This document shows positions 27,559 through 40,031 of a stretch of 64,000 nucleotides of DNA, in pieces. This DNA is from Eledone cirrhosa. Lineage: Eukaryota. Numbering within the stretch: the stretch's first letter is position 1; every line of letters starts with the position of its first letter. The position numbers and the translations under genes were made by a program. The notes below the pieces were generated by a model that saw only the letters and a list, made by a program, of their open reading frames with translations, was not told the origin of the DNA and made no database searches. The stretch spans positions 3,534,001 to 3,598,000 of the forward strand of contig OZ024748.1 of assembly GCA_964016885.1 (NCBI GenBank), given 5' to 3'.

Positions 27559-28124
27559 ATCTCTCTTTCTGTCGTGTCGCTCTCTGTCTCTCTCTGTCTC
27601 TCTCTGTCTCTCTATGTCTCTCCCTGTCCGTCTCTCTCTCCCTGTCTGTCTCTCTCTCTCTCTCAGTCTATCTCTCTAAGTCTCTTTCTCTCTGTATCTC
27701 TCTTTCTCTATCTCTCTCTCAGTCTGTCTCTCCCTCCCTCCCTATCTATCTATCTATCTCTCCTCAATAATATACTACATATCAAAGAAATAAACCTATT
27801 CACTTGGAAGCTTAACTAACTATTCCTATTGTTTTAAGGACATCTCCACCGTTTACCTGCAAAACCGACATGCCCTTGCACACACACATACACACACATG
27901 TGCACATGTACACATGTACACATACACATATACACACATGTGCACATGTACACACACACATACACATACAGACAGATACACATACACACACATGTGCACA
28001 TGTACACACACAGACATGCACACATGCACAGCGAACCTATAATACTTTAACATGGGAAATGAGTCAACTGACATACCAATAACAAAAGAAATACTGCATA
28101 TATATCCTATGTTTATTATATTAT

Positions 28125-28277
28125 ATGCTTTCTAGCATAGAGTTACGTCCCTTTACGGACTGAGTTCAATTCCCGCTGAGGTTAACTTTGCCTTTCATCC
28201 TTACGGGGTCGATAAAATAAAGTACCAGTAATGTACTGGGTAATTGCTGGCCTTGTGCCAAAAGTAAAAACAATTAT
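28125..28277 (+). mobile_element. Family A SINE (5'-truncated)
   Basis: B-box GAGTTCAATTCC, core and 3' end match family A. Confidence 0.88.
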
Positions 28278-28308
28278 ATATATATATACTATATATATAT
28301 ATATATAT

Positions 28309-28484
28309 TTTTTTATTTTTATTTTATAGAAGGAACTTCTACAGGACTAGTACTGTTTCATTTCATCTGAATGAAACAGTACTAGTCCTGTAGAAGTTCC
28401 TTCTATAAAATAAAAAAATTTTACTCTGCCATGTATTGAGTACCTTACTTACTGTGGTTATCCCCGACTCAACCCGGGACCTAC

Positions 28485-28485
<1 letters not shown>
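28309..28485 (+). mobile_element. Fold-back Penelope-like micro-element in (TA)n
   Basis: Perfect 47-bp inverted repeat 28316-28362/28370-28416 carrying hammerhead 3' half GAAAC-AGTACTA-GTC; tail with TTGAGTAC; relatives at 29745 and 59963. Confidence 0.8.
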
Positions 28486-28529
<44 letters not shown>

Positions 28530-28530
<1 letters not shown>

Positions 28531-28706
28531 CAAAGGTATTGTGGTAAGGAACCAGATGGACCATAACGCACCAGAGTACTCAATACTTAGGGTAGTAGAG
28601 TGGGAAATAGGAAAAAGTATGACCCCGACGGCAGAGCTCAAGCCGTTTCGACTGATAGCTGTTGAAACGGCTTGAGCTCTGCCGTCGGGGTCATACTTTT
28701 TCCTAT
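28530..28706 (-). mobile_element. Fold-back Penelope-like micro-element in (TA)n
   Basis: Perfect 43-bp inverted repeat 28607-28649/28664-28706 with hammerhead 3' half GAAACGGC-TTGAGCTCT-GCCGTC; tail with GAGTACTC; same family as 35141-35279. Confidence 0.8.
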
Positions 28707-28794
28707 ATATATATATATATATATAATCAAGGTTTAGTAATAGAGAAAAAGTTTTAAAATAAATTTTTAAAAGTCTACTGTACTTGCTGTAATT

Positions 28795-28879
28795 ACCCCT
28801 ACCGCGCGGTTTCAAGTCTCAAAATAAATGGATAATCCATGCGGAAATCCATTGAAAAGAAAGACTTTCGTCAGAGAGT
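28795..28879 (-). ncRNA. Type I hammerhead ribozyme motif with extended stem II
   Basis: Minus strand ACTCT-CTGACGA-AAGTCT..(inner AATGGAT/ATCCATT)..AGACTT-GAAAC-CGCGCG-GTA-GGGGT; all core bases canonical; palindrome ACCGCGCGGT; stem I has two G:U pairs. Confidence 0.82.
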
Positions 28880-29157
28880 TGTTTTCGCTCGGAGAATATA
28901 AAATTCTCCAGTTCAAATCACGAACTGGCGCCATACAGAACTGTTCCCGGATGAGAGTGTATGATGAAGAAACAATCTTGTCTAGTGCCGTGTGTAAAGA
29001 TAGAAGGCAAGGGCGGAAAGGTCAATGTCCTGCCACTAGAAATAGCAGCAGTTTAAACGACCAAAATGTTATCTCGACCAGAGGAGATTAATAATAATAA
29101 AGTATGTTTTCCTACATGCAACAAAATATATATACATATATGATGATGATACATATA

Positions 29158-29331
29158 TAGAGGTAGAACACTGGAAGGTAATATCCGTAGTAGTAGAGCA
29201 CTCAGTCCATGGGACGAGTTTGGTAGAAGTAGTAACACAGCAGTTAATTCACCATACCGAGAACAGAAGATTTGCTAAGGTGAAACAATTGTCCTCGGTA
29301 TGGTGAACTAACTGTTGTGTTACTACTTCTA
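29158..29331 (-). mobile_element. Fold-back Penelope-like micro-element in (TA)n
   Basis: 42-bp inverted repeat 29224-29265/29290-29331 with 3 mismatches; plus strand CAGAAGA-TTTGCTAAGGT-GAAAC-AATT-GTC-CTCGG; tail GAGTGCTC on minus. Confidence 0.75.
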
Positions 29332-29349
29332 TATATATATACCAAACTA

Positions 29350-29565
29350 AAGAGGTTGTGTAGGTGTCATGATAAACAAAAACACCCAGTCCACGCTGTA
29401 AAGTGATCGTGTAGGAGACATGGTAAAAAGGCTCCCAGTCCACACTGTAAATGTGATTGATGTTAGGAAGGGCATCCAGCCATAGAAAACCTGCCAGATA
29501 CAATCTTGCCTCAAGCGGGTCAATTCCCATCTAAACCATGGAAGATGGCCATTAAACGATGATGA
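29350..29565 (+). mobile_element. SINE family C (RTE-like 3' tail, (ATG)n)
   Basis: Core CACACTGTAAATGTG..TTAGGAAGGGCATCCAGC; other copies at 30290, 39485, 48964, 52935, 57625, 58995. Confidence 0.8.
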
Positions 29566-29571
29566 TATATG

Positions 29572-29606
<35 letters not shown>

Positions 29607-29632
29607 GTATATATATATGTATATATACATGT

Positions 29633-29726
<94 letters not shown>

Positions 29727-29765
29727 ATATATATATACATAACATGTTTAATATAGAAATGGCTT

Positions 29766-29805
29766 CTACAGGACTAGAACTGTTTCATTCAAAAGAAATC
29801 ATCAA
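29766..29805 (-). ncRNA. Decayed hammerhead motif (same family as 28309 element)
   Basis: Minus strand TTGATGA-TTTC TTTT GAAT-GAAAC-AGTTCTA-GTC-CTGTAG; C3 mutated, 5' strand of stem I absent. Confidence 0.55.
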
Positions 29806-30044
29806 CGACGATGATGGTGATGGTACTATATTTTGAACCCCAACAAATACTAATATACACCACAGTACAGAGGAAGAGTGTAAAGAAACAATCACATGAC
29901 TGTGTAGTCTTTAGAATAAATAAAACATCTTTGAAGAAATATTTTAAGAAATTTGTTGGATAACATAAAATAATAAAAGAAAACAAAATGTCTTCAGTGC
30001 TATCTCTGATTCTTTTTATAGAATATATTGGGTTTCATGTGGCC

Positions 30045-30497
30045 AATGGAACTATGGTTCTGTTGTGAGGAGGGTTTGGCATGGCCAACTGGCCTGTCCT
30101 TACTCATTTAGTGGTGCCACCCAGTTCCAAGCTCCTGGACTGTGGTTCTGCTGTGAGAGGAGTTTGGTGCAGAGAACTGGCCTGTCCCTCCTCGTATTGG
30201 TGCTATCCAGTGCCAGGCTTCAGAACTATGCTTCCACTGTGAGAGGGGTTTGGCGCGGCCAGCTGGCCTATCACTCCTCATAATGGTGCCATCCAGTTCC
30301 ACACTGTAAATGTGGTTGATCTTAGGAAGGGCATCCAGCTGTAAAAACCTCCAGCCAAATTTACAGTCTTCGTCGGAGCAAGATACATGATGGTCAACTC
30401 TGGGCCATACTTGTCTCCCGACCTGGACAACCCGTCTAACCCATGCAAACATGGAATAATGGACGCTAAACGGTGATAATGAAGATGATGATGATGA
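30045..30497 (+). mobile_element. Family C SINE preceded by three diverged ~87-bp tandem units
   Basis: GAACTATGGTTCTG.TGTGAG.GG.GTTTGG..CTGGCCT..TGGTGCCA.CCAG recurs three times, then the family C core and (ATG)n tail. Confidence 0.75.
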
Positions 30498-30879
30498 GCC
30501 ATATACTATGGCAGAGCTGGTCTCATCTAGTTTATACAGGGTTATTCAGTTCTTTGAGGACACATCTTTTAATAGCTCTACCTTGCTCTCATATGCATTG
30601 AATTTTACCTGTAGTTTTAAAAAATGATTAAACAAAACCATTTTTTATGGAGGTAGGCGGCCATCTTTTTTTAACCAATCAATCATTTATTTATTTATTT
30701 ATTCATTAAATTATTGTCATAAAGACTCTATTAGTTTGGCAAATATGAAAAAATATATATTCCACCGTAAATGAACAAGAAAAACAAGCATATATATATA
30801 TATACACACACATACATAGGTACATATGTGTGTATATATACATAAATATATGTGTATGTGTATATTTATATATATATAT

Positions 30880-30994
<115 letters not shown>

Positions 30995-31033
30995 CATATA
31001 TATATACATATGTATATATAAATATATATATGC

Positions 31034-31073
<40 letters not shown>

Positions 31074-31144
31074 GTATATATAAATATATATATGCATGTA
31101 TATATATATATATACACATACATATGTAAATATATATATGTATG

Positions 31145-31248
<104 letters not shown>

Positions 31249-31814
31249 AAAACAAGCTAATGGATGCACATATTTTGACAAAATAATTTGCAGCTTTAAG
31301 CTTCACTTACCACAATTCTTTCACTAAATACTGAATTGATTTTTTTTCTCCAAACCAAACCCAACCAAACCCAACCAAACCCAACCAAACCAAACCCAAC
31401 CAAACCCAACCAAACCAAACCAAACCAAACCCAACCAAACCCAAACTGAAACTGAACCAAATTAAAAACCTAACCTGAACCAAACCTAATACTGTGGTTG
31501 TCGCTATAACACTAAATAAAACCATTCCATTAAGCTTCCTCTCCTCATAATGTTCCATGAATGTGAAGTTCTATAACAATACATTGATTGAAATCATGTC
31601 TGATTGAAATTTCTGAAAAATTTCGTTTTGTTTCGTTTTTTGTTTTGTATTGTCTTTGTTTTTTTTGTTATTTTGTTTTTGTTTTTGTTTTTTTGAAGGT
31701 TTTTTTTTTTCTTTTTCTTTTATTATTTTTTGTTTGTTTTATTTACAAACTGATCATAATTGGAAGACCCTCACCTCCCCAAAAAATACATAAAGACAAA
31801 AGATAAAACAATAA

Positions 31815-32300
31815 TAATAATAATTGTTTCTACTTTTGGCACAAGGCCAGCAATTACCCCCAGTACATTACTGATACTTTATTTTATCGACACCGTAAGG
31901 ATGAAAGGCAAAGTTAACCTCGGCGGGATTTGAACTCAGATCGTAAAGGGGCGTAACTCCATGCTGCAAAACATGGCATCCGACTCTCTAACAATTCTGA
32001 CAATCCACCACCCTATAATAATAATAACAATAATAATAATAATTGTTTCTACTTTTGGCACAAGGCCAGCAATAAATATAATAATAATAATTCATTATTT
32101 TTATTTTGTGTCTACTTTTGGCAAAATGTCAGTTAAATCAACCCCAGTGCATTACTGGTACTTTATTTTATCGACCCTTCTCTTCCACCCCCATAAGGAT
32201 GAAAGACAAACCTAACCTCGGCAGGATTTGAACTCAGAACGTAAAAGGTCATAACTCTATACTGCAAAACACAAACATGTTGTCTGACGCTCTACCATTG
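31815..32300 (-). mobile_element. Tandem family A SINE copies (two long, one 3' fragment)
   Basis: Reverse-complement cores TACTTTATTTTATCGAC and GGATTTGAACTCAG each occur twice. Confidence 0.85.
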
Positions 32301-32515
32301 AGAGTCCATTATATATATGTGTGTATGTGTCTGTGTGTATGTTTGTGTGTATGTGTTTGTGTTTATGTGTGTGTGTATGTGTGTATGTCCGTGTGTGTGT
32401 GTTTGTGAGTACCATATATTTTGAATTATAGTTTTCTATGTTCAGCAGGTAAGCCACACGCTATTTATTCCCATTAAATTTTTTTGTTGGAAAAGGTGTA
32501 AATTATACCCAGTTA

Positions 32516-32883
32516 CAATGAAACCTCAGTTCACAAACACCGCTCATCACGAATAAATCAGTTCACAAACAATTTTTCCAAACATAAAACATCTTGGTTC
32601 ACAAACGATGTCTCAAGTAACAAACACACAAGCCAGCAACAATGGTTGGCAACAAGCTGGAAGTATTGGTGGGAAAGTGTCACTTGCTGTGTAGTTAGTT
32701 ACTATGATGATATCTATCTGTCTTTCACAAACAGCCTCTCTCTCTCTCTCTCTCTCCCTCTCTCCCTCTCTCGGTATTTCTCTCTCAACATTTCATATGG
32801 GAAAAATAGTTTTAGTTTACGAACATTTCAGATGACAAACAGCCTTCAGGAACGAATTAAGTTCATGAACTAAGGTTCCACTG
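32516..32883. mobile_element. Tc1/mariner-superfamily (pogo/Tigger-like) MITE
   Basis: TA-CAATGAAACCTCAGTTCACAAAC ... GTTCATGAACTAAGGTTCCACTG-TA; imperfect 23-bp TIRs with TA flanks. Confidence 0.8.
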
Positions 32884-33199
32884 TATCTACTATTCAAAGA
32901 CAAAGTCTTCAGCAGTGTTCTTGTAACGCTATAACACAAATGCTCTATGAAGCAACTTAAGAGTAATATGAAATATTGATCAAGTGGTTGTTATGTTGGT
33001 CAAAGGTCATATATTTATCTAATGTAATGCCAGGATTTTGGTATTGTGAGAAATAGGAATGTTGGTGCCATCAAGACCAAAGATACTTTCCATGATAAAT
33101 TCATCATATTTTTCATTTGAAAAGAAATCTATTATTTTGGATTTTGTTGGCATTTAATTTGAGGCAACAATCACTCGATTCTGTCTTATTGATGTTTAG

Positions 33200-33331
33200 C
33201 AAGGACAATGCCAGGGAAGAATCTATTTTGGGAGATTTCTTACTGAAAGGAAATGTGGAATGTATTAATGACTCGCTGATTGTCTGTCTGCTTAACTATC
33301 AGTATAAACCATTGAAACGGATGCCTTTGAG
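33200..33331 (+). CDS. Possible internal coding exon (132 nt, frame-preserving), product unknown
   Basis: TTTAG acceptor, open frame KDNAREESILGDFLLKGNVECINDSLIVCLLNYQYKPLKRMPL, GAG|GTGAGA donor; no recognisable homology. Confidence 0.2.
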
Positions 33332-33570
33332 GTGAGAGTTGTGAAGATACAAACATAGATAACTAATAAAATCTTTCACACAAAAGAAAATTATATAAAA
33401 GTCATCTACTCAAAGAATATTCGCAGTAGAAGCTATTAAACTATAAATGTGTCAGCCTTTACTTCAATTGTCCCAGAGAAGTTACCAAATTTTCTTTTCT
33501 GTTCTTTTCTTTTTTTTTTTTTTTTTTTTTTATGTCAGAAGAAATGACAGACATCAAGGAATAATAGATA

Positions 33571-33805
33571 TAAAGATATTTTGACTTGCACTTTCTTCTG
33601 TGAAGATATTTTGAGACATATTTTCTTCAGTGAAGATATTTTGAGTCATATTCTCATCTGTGAAGATATTTTAAATCATATATTCATCTGTAAAGATATT
33701 TTGATTTGCATTTTCTTCTGTGAAGATATTTTGAGCCACATTTTCATCTGTGAAGATATTTTGAGCCACATTTTCATCCGTGAAGATATTTTGAGACGCA
33801 TTTTT
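33571..33805. repeat. 30-bp minisatellite (8 diverged copies)
   Basis: TGAAGATATTTTGAGCCACATTTTCATCTG at 30-nt spacing. Confidence 0.92.
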
Positions 33806-34065
33806 ATCATGAGGGCTAGTTCTTTAGATTGTTTTAGCCATCATACCCATAAGTACAATTCCACACCGCTTTCCTAAATATATAAATACATGAAATATAA
33901 ATAAAAACAAAGAGAAAAGATGAGATGTTCATGGGTGGAATGTGTTTGCCTGATCAGGGTTTTTCTGGAGGTAAAATAATAAAAAGTTTCATATATTTTT
34001 GTTTATTTATTCATCTATTTATCTCTCTCTCTATCTATATCTATCTATCTCTCTATCTATATCTA

Positions 34066-34141
<76 letters not shown>

Positions 34142-35077
34142 ATGGACACTTTAAGCATCCAACATCAATTATACGTATATATATATATATATATGTATAT
34201 CTTTCTATTTATCTATCTCTATCTATCTACCTATCTAAACCTATCTATCTATCTACCTATCTATCAACCTATCTGTCTATCAACCTATCTGCCTATCTGC
34301 CTATCTGTCTATCTACCTATCTGTCTATCTACCTATCTGTCTATCTACCTATCTGTCTATCCACCTCTCCATCTCCCCTCCATCCATCCTTTACGTCTTC
34401 CTTCTCTCTCCCCACTCCTCCCCTCCACCCCTCCCTCCCTCTACTCCACCCACCACCCATCTATCTACTGTTAACCTTGTCATTTTAAAGTTACATAACA
34501 ATTGACATTCTTTTCACATCTCTCTCTCTCTCTCTCTCTCTCACTCTCTCACTCTCTCACTCTCTCTCACTCTCTCACTCTTCTTCTTCAGCTTTTATGG
34601 ATCTACACAATCATGTCACCCTCCGCACCACCACCACCACATCTCTCTCTCACACACACACACTCTCACTGCTCTCTCTCTTTCTCCACACTCCCCCCAC
34701 ACTCTCCCTCTCTCTCCCTCTCTCCACACTCCCTCTCTCCCCCCCCACACTCTCCCTCTCTCTCTCTCTCTCCACACTCCCTCTCTCCCCCCACACTCTC
34801 CCTCTCTCTCTCCCTCTCTCCCCCACCCCCAATACACCCTATCTCTCCATCATGTTATATTCCACCATCCACAATCAATTTATCTGCCAATTCCACCTCT
34901 CATAGGTCATTTCTCACTCCAACACATCCAACCATTTTATTTATTTATTTATTTATTTATCTACATTTATTTATTTTTATTTTTTATTTATCTACTTTTT
35001 ATTTATTTATTTATTTCCTACTTTGATCTGCACTGTTCTGTTTATTATTACCTCCCTCTCTCTCTCTCTCTCTCTCT

Positions 35078-35127
<50 letters not shown>

Positions 35128-35140
35128 TATATATATATAT

Positions 35141-35279
35141 AACGAAGGAAATGTGGTAAGGAACCAGGTGGACCATAACGCACCAAAGTACTCAATACTT
35201 AGGGTCGTAGAGTGGGTAATAGGAACGAGTAGGACCCCGACGGCTGGAGTTCAGCCGTTGGGGTCCTACTCGTTCCTAT
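35141..35279 (-). mobile_element. Fold-back Penelope-like micro-element in (TA)n (family of 28530)
   Basis: 28-bp inverted repeat 35219-35246/35252-35279; tail 35141-35218 closely similar to 28530-28606. Confidence 0.8.
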
Positions 35280-35356
35280 ATATACATATATATATACATA
35301 TATATATATATATAATACATATATATATATATATATACATATATAATATATATATA

Positions 35357-35414
<58 letters not shown>

Positions 35415-35434
35415 CATATATATATATATATATA

Positions 35435-35565
<131 letters not shown>

Positions 35566-35577
35566 CATATATATATG

Positions 35578-35749
35578 TGTGGTGCTGGGTTGGCAGAACA
35601 TGCTGTGCAACACATAGTTACGGCCCTTTACAGTCTGAGTTCAAATCCCGCCAAGGTTAACTTTGCCTTTCATCCATACGGGGGTCGATAAAATAAAGTA
35701 CCAGTAATACACTGGGATAATTGCTGGCCTTGTGCCAAAAGTAGAAACA

Positions 35750-35757
<8 letters not shown>
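35578..35757 (+). mobile_element. Family A SINE with (ATT)n tail
   Basis: B-box, core and 3' end match family A. Confidence 0.88.
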
Positions 35758-35796
<39 letters not shown>

Positions 35797-36351
35797 CATC
35801 ATCATCATCATCATTGCAGCATGTCTCTGCTTCCTACTACTTGTTGTGACACATGACATTTGTACATCAGTTATCAGTAATGTTCCTCTCTTGCAGCAGA
35901 GAGAGACAAAGAGAGAAAGAGAGGAAGAGATAGAGCGGGGGAGGGAGAGAGAAAGAGAGAGAGAGCGACAGTGAGAGAGAGAGAGGAAGAGATAGAGCCG
36001 GAGAGAGAGAGAGAGAGAGAGAATGAACATATTTAATAATACTTTTAAATTCCAACTGCTTTCTTGATACTATGCATCCATTGAAGCATGACCTGTTCTT
36101 TTATACACAGCTTCAAGCATTGTTACTGCCACACCGTCCCCCCCCCCCCCCCACTCCCCACCACCACCACCACCACCCCACCACCACCACCACCACCATC
36201 ATAGTTTGGCCTCTATCTCTTAACCTTACACTGATATTAGTATTCTCTTTTCAAAATCATATTGAATCTCCATCAAAATGTCTGATATATATATATATAT
36301 AAATATATATATATATCAGTATACATATATATATGTGTGTGTGCATGTGTG

Positions 36352-36389
<38 letters not shown>

Positions 36390-36424
36390 TATATATATAT
36401 ATGTGTGTGTGTGTGCATGTGTGT

Positions 36425-36541
<117 letters not shown>

Positions 36542-36794
36542 TATATATATATATATGTGTGTGTGTGCATGTATATATATATATATATATATATATATCA
36601 GTATATATACATCTGCCATTTCATCCCATCTCACTGTAACCCATCTTCACCTCACCTTTGTGAGTCACTGAGTGAGTTTCTTTGCAGCTGGTTGGTCGAC
36701 ATGCTGGAAATAATAGCCAACATTTTATTCATAACGCACCCCTATTTATTGTCTTAAATCTTCTTGAAACTGGCTGATATATTTCTGTTATTCC

Positions 36795-37101
36795 CAGGGC
36801 TGGATTTAATAGGGGGCAAAGGGGGTAGGGAAATTGAGGGAAATTGGCTCGGGCCCCCACCAGCAGCGGTCATATAAATTTATTTGTGTCCCTCAGCTGG
36901 GCTTTTTAATTTTAGGATGGTTAGAATGTTTTTATTTAATACCTGTATGTATAACTTTTCAATTTCAATTACTTGCGCCAAGGTATCTTTGATATGTAAA
37001 ATTGAGGGGGTTTGCTGTGTATTTTAATTTTTTGTGTATGTGGGACCCTCCAAACATGAAGTGCCCCCCCCCCCCCCCCCCCCGGTCTAAATCTAACCCT
37101 G
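36795..37101. mobile_element. hAT-type MITE
   Basis: TIRs CAGGGCTGGATTTA / TAAATCTAACCCTG; 8-bp flanks GTTATTCC and GTTATCCT consistent with a decayed TSD. Confidence 0.75.
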
Positions 37102-37405
37102 GTTATCCTATCCCAACTCACAATGATTCTGCTACACTTAAACTCTGAAGGAACTTCTTCATAACTGATTGATTGACCTGCTAGAAACAGTAGTAGCGAA
37201 ATCTTACTCATAACACACCCTATTGTCTTGACTCCCCCTCAAAATAAATTATATGTATCTCTATCATCCCATCCCATCTCATCCTGCAATAATTCATCTT
37301 CACCCCACATTCTTGAGCTCATGAGCCACTAAAGGAGTCTTCATAACTTATTACTTAATCCACTAGAAATAGCAGCTGAATAATACTCATACAGACAAAA
37401 CCACC

Positions 37406-37816
37406 TTAACCCTTTTGATACCAAAACCTACCCTGACAACACACACAACTACCTTAACCCTTTTTATACCAAACCACTCAAAACCTACCCCTGACAACAC
37501 ACACAACTACCTTAACCCTTTTTATACCAAACCACTCAAAACCTACCCCTGACAACACACACAATTACCTTAACCCTTTTGATACCAAACCAGTCAAAAA
37601 ACCACCCCTAGTTCTATGAAACAAAACCATTGATTTTAAAGGATTCATATAATTTTCCAATATGATTTTATATAAGAACCTTATGTTAAGCTGTGTTTAT
37701 TACAAATACCATCTTAATAATGAAATAATCAATAATCTTAGTAAATCCTTTAAAATTATTTATTAATTAATTCAAATAGAATGTCTTTCATTAGAAATAT
37801 GGTAATGAAAGGGTTA
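37406..37816 (+). mobile_element. piggyBac-type MITE with four tandem left ends
   Basis: TTAA-CCCTTTT(G/T)ATACCA at about 37406, 37453, 37512 and 37570; right end TGGTAATGAAAGGG-TTAA. Confidence 0.8.
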
Positions 37817-38029
37817 AATCTGCATCAAAATGTCTGATATATCTCCTCCCTACCATTCCATCCCATTCCATTATAATTCATGTTCATCTCACCTTCATGA
37901 GTCACTGAGCTTTGTTGCAGCTCAACAGAATACCTTCGATCACATGTCGCCTTAGTCATGGCTGATCTTAAGCTAAACAACTGCAACAACAACAACAACA
38001 ATTCACTGTCATGTGTCTTTGTACCAATA

Positions 38030-38340
38030 TGGAAGCAATTCACTAGGGTCAGTGACCTTAGTATTGGAATAATTCTGAATTCTAAGAAGTCTCTACTGTT
38101 CCACAACAACACTTACTGGATTAAAAAGGAAGGAGACCTGCTTTGTGACATATCCATGAGGTCTTATGATGAGGCTGAGGTTGTTGACCTCATTGGTTTA
38201 TTTAGAAAAAAAACACATACCCTTATTTCAGCCCTGTACAGAGACGATGGCCTGGAAATCTCAAGTCTTATAAACAACAATGATGTGGACAAGTTCAGGA
38301 AAAACCTGATAAGAATTGTCAAAGAGTTCTGCTTAATCTT
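38030..38340 (+). pseudogene. Penelope-like element reverse-transcriptase fragment (YRDD type)
   Basis: IILNSKKSLLFHNNTYWIKK..DISMRSYDEAEVVDLIGLF..LYRDDGL resembles PLE RT motifs (FDVTMGSYDGAEVCELVGL, GLYRDDGL) as I recall them; YRDD at 38237-38248. Confidence 0.85.
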
Positions 38341-38789
38341 TAGCAGACTAGTGATTTTTATGAGTTGTTTCCCTTGACGCTGGATTATCTTTTAAGAGGT
38401 TATTACTCTTATGGCACCCTGTGTCCCCGACAGCGTGTTAAAGGTTCAACATTATAGTTACCTCTAATTTTGCTAAAGTGAATTTTCTGAACATCAGAAC
38501 TGATAAACACTACCTTTACAAGGAAGCAGTATACATACATAGAAACTTCAACTCCTTTTGCCTCTCAGCTGTAGTTAGAAACCTGAGGGAGATAGTGTGT
38601 GTATATATGAGTGTGTGTGTGAGAGAGATAGTGTGTGTATATATGAGTGTGTGTGTGAGAGAGATAGTGTGTGTATATCCCTCGTAGTCTTTGTGAAATA
38701 ATAATACACAAAAGAAGGATCATGGGTACTGATATATTTGTAATTACATGCCTCTTCATTACAGACTGAGACAGATTCCATGAAGCCTT

Positions 38790-39186
38790 GTGGATTGGCA
38801 GAATCGGTAGAGGGTTGGACGCCATGATAGGGCAGTGAATTGGCAGTATCGGTAGAGGGTCGGACGCCATGATAGGGCAGTGAATTGGCAGTATCGGTAG
38901 AGGGTCGGACGCCATGATAGGGCAGTGAATTGGCAGTATCGGTAGAGGGTCGGACGCCATGATAGGGCAGTGAATTGGCAGTATCGGTAGAGGGTCGGAC
39001 GCCATGATAGGGCAGTGAATTGGCAGTATCGGTAGAGGGTCGGACGCCATGATAGGGCAGTGAATTGGCAGTATCGGTAGAGGGTCGGACGCCATGATAG
39101 GGCAGTGAATTGGCAGTATCGGTAGAGGGTCGGACGCCATGATAGGGCAGTGAATTGGCAGTATCGGTAGAGGGTCGGACGCCATG
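38790..39186 (+). repeat. 45-bp tandem array (9 copies) of the family A SINE head
   Basis: Unit GGGCAGTGAATTGGCAGTATCGGTAGAGGGTCGGACGCCATGATA; last unit continues into the SINE body. Confidence 0.97.
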
Positions 39187-39337
39187 CTTTCCAGCATAGT
39201 TACGTCCCTTTACGATCTGAGTTCAAATCCCGCCGAGGTTGACTTTGCCTGTCATCCTTACGGGGTCGATAAAATAAAGTACCAGTAATGCACTGGGTAT
39301 TTGCTGGCCTTGTGCCTAAAGTAGAAACAATTATTAG
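39146..39337 (+). mobile_element. Family A SINE (full length)
   Basis: A-box TGGCAGTATCGG, B-box GAGTTCAAATCC, core and 3' end. Confidence 0.92.
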
Positions 39338-39484
39338 CAGTTGGCCACAAGGGGTTAAATATAAAGCAACTGGGAGGTAGAAGAGGAACAAAGTGAATCT
39401 GTTTATTTACAAGCCCGAAAATCTTGTCTTACTAAGGTAGTGAAGATATCTCATATATTTGTGTATCATCATTTCATCAACATT

Positions 39485-39812
39485 TCATTTTACGTCCGCT
39501 TTTCCCTGCTTGCAAGGGTGGGACGGGAACTGATTCTGGCTTGATTTCTACAGCTGGATGCCCTTCCTAACACCAACCTCATTTACAGTGAGTGCTGGGT
39601 GCTTTTTTGCCGTGGCACCTCCACGACCACTTTGCAGTGGAATGATAGGGACCCCAGTCCCTATCATCTCATTTCTACAGCTGAGTAAACTGGAGCAATG
39701 TGAAATAAAGTGTCTTGCTCAAGGAAACAACACATCACTCGGTCTGAGAATTGAACTCACAACCTTTCGATTGCAAGGCCAATGCTCTAACCACTAAGCC
39801 ACATGCCTCCAT
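39485..39812 (-). mobile_element. Adjacent family C and family B SINE pieces
   Basis: CTACAGCTGGATGCCCTTCCTAAC (family C) followed by family B body and head. Confidence 0.8.
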
Positions 39813-39929
39813 TGTGTATGTTGAGTGCATTTTAATTGCACTTTGGCTGCATACCAATCAGTGAAACTGCAATCGGGACTTTGAAGAAAAATTAGGTATA
39901 TTTTTGTCTATTTGCTCTTCACACTTATA

Positions 39930-39993
<64 letters not shown>

Positions 39994-40031
39994 CCCGCCC
40001 GTCCCCTCAATCTATCTTATTTCTCATTATT

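Noticed and set aside
28316-28416. miRNA precursors or TIR MITEs as an explanation for the perfect hairpins
   Set aside because: One-sided tails, variable inversion points and embedded hammerhead halves fit retroelement fold-backs better; small-RNA production is not excluded
31352-31445. Telomere-like repeats
   Set aside because: (AACCC/AACCA)n pentamers, not TTAGGG
33581-33877. Zinc-finger-like C..H repeats
   Set aside because: A 10-aa period from a 30-bp minisatellite does not fit C2H2 spacing
38565-39197. 210-aa ORF of MASDPLPILPIHCPI repeats
   Set aside because: Antisense of SINE heads; units identical with no synonymous variation
39146-39240. tRNA genes suggested by A/B boxes
   Set aside because: No cloverleaf; the boxes continue into multi-copy SINE bodies
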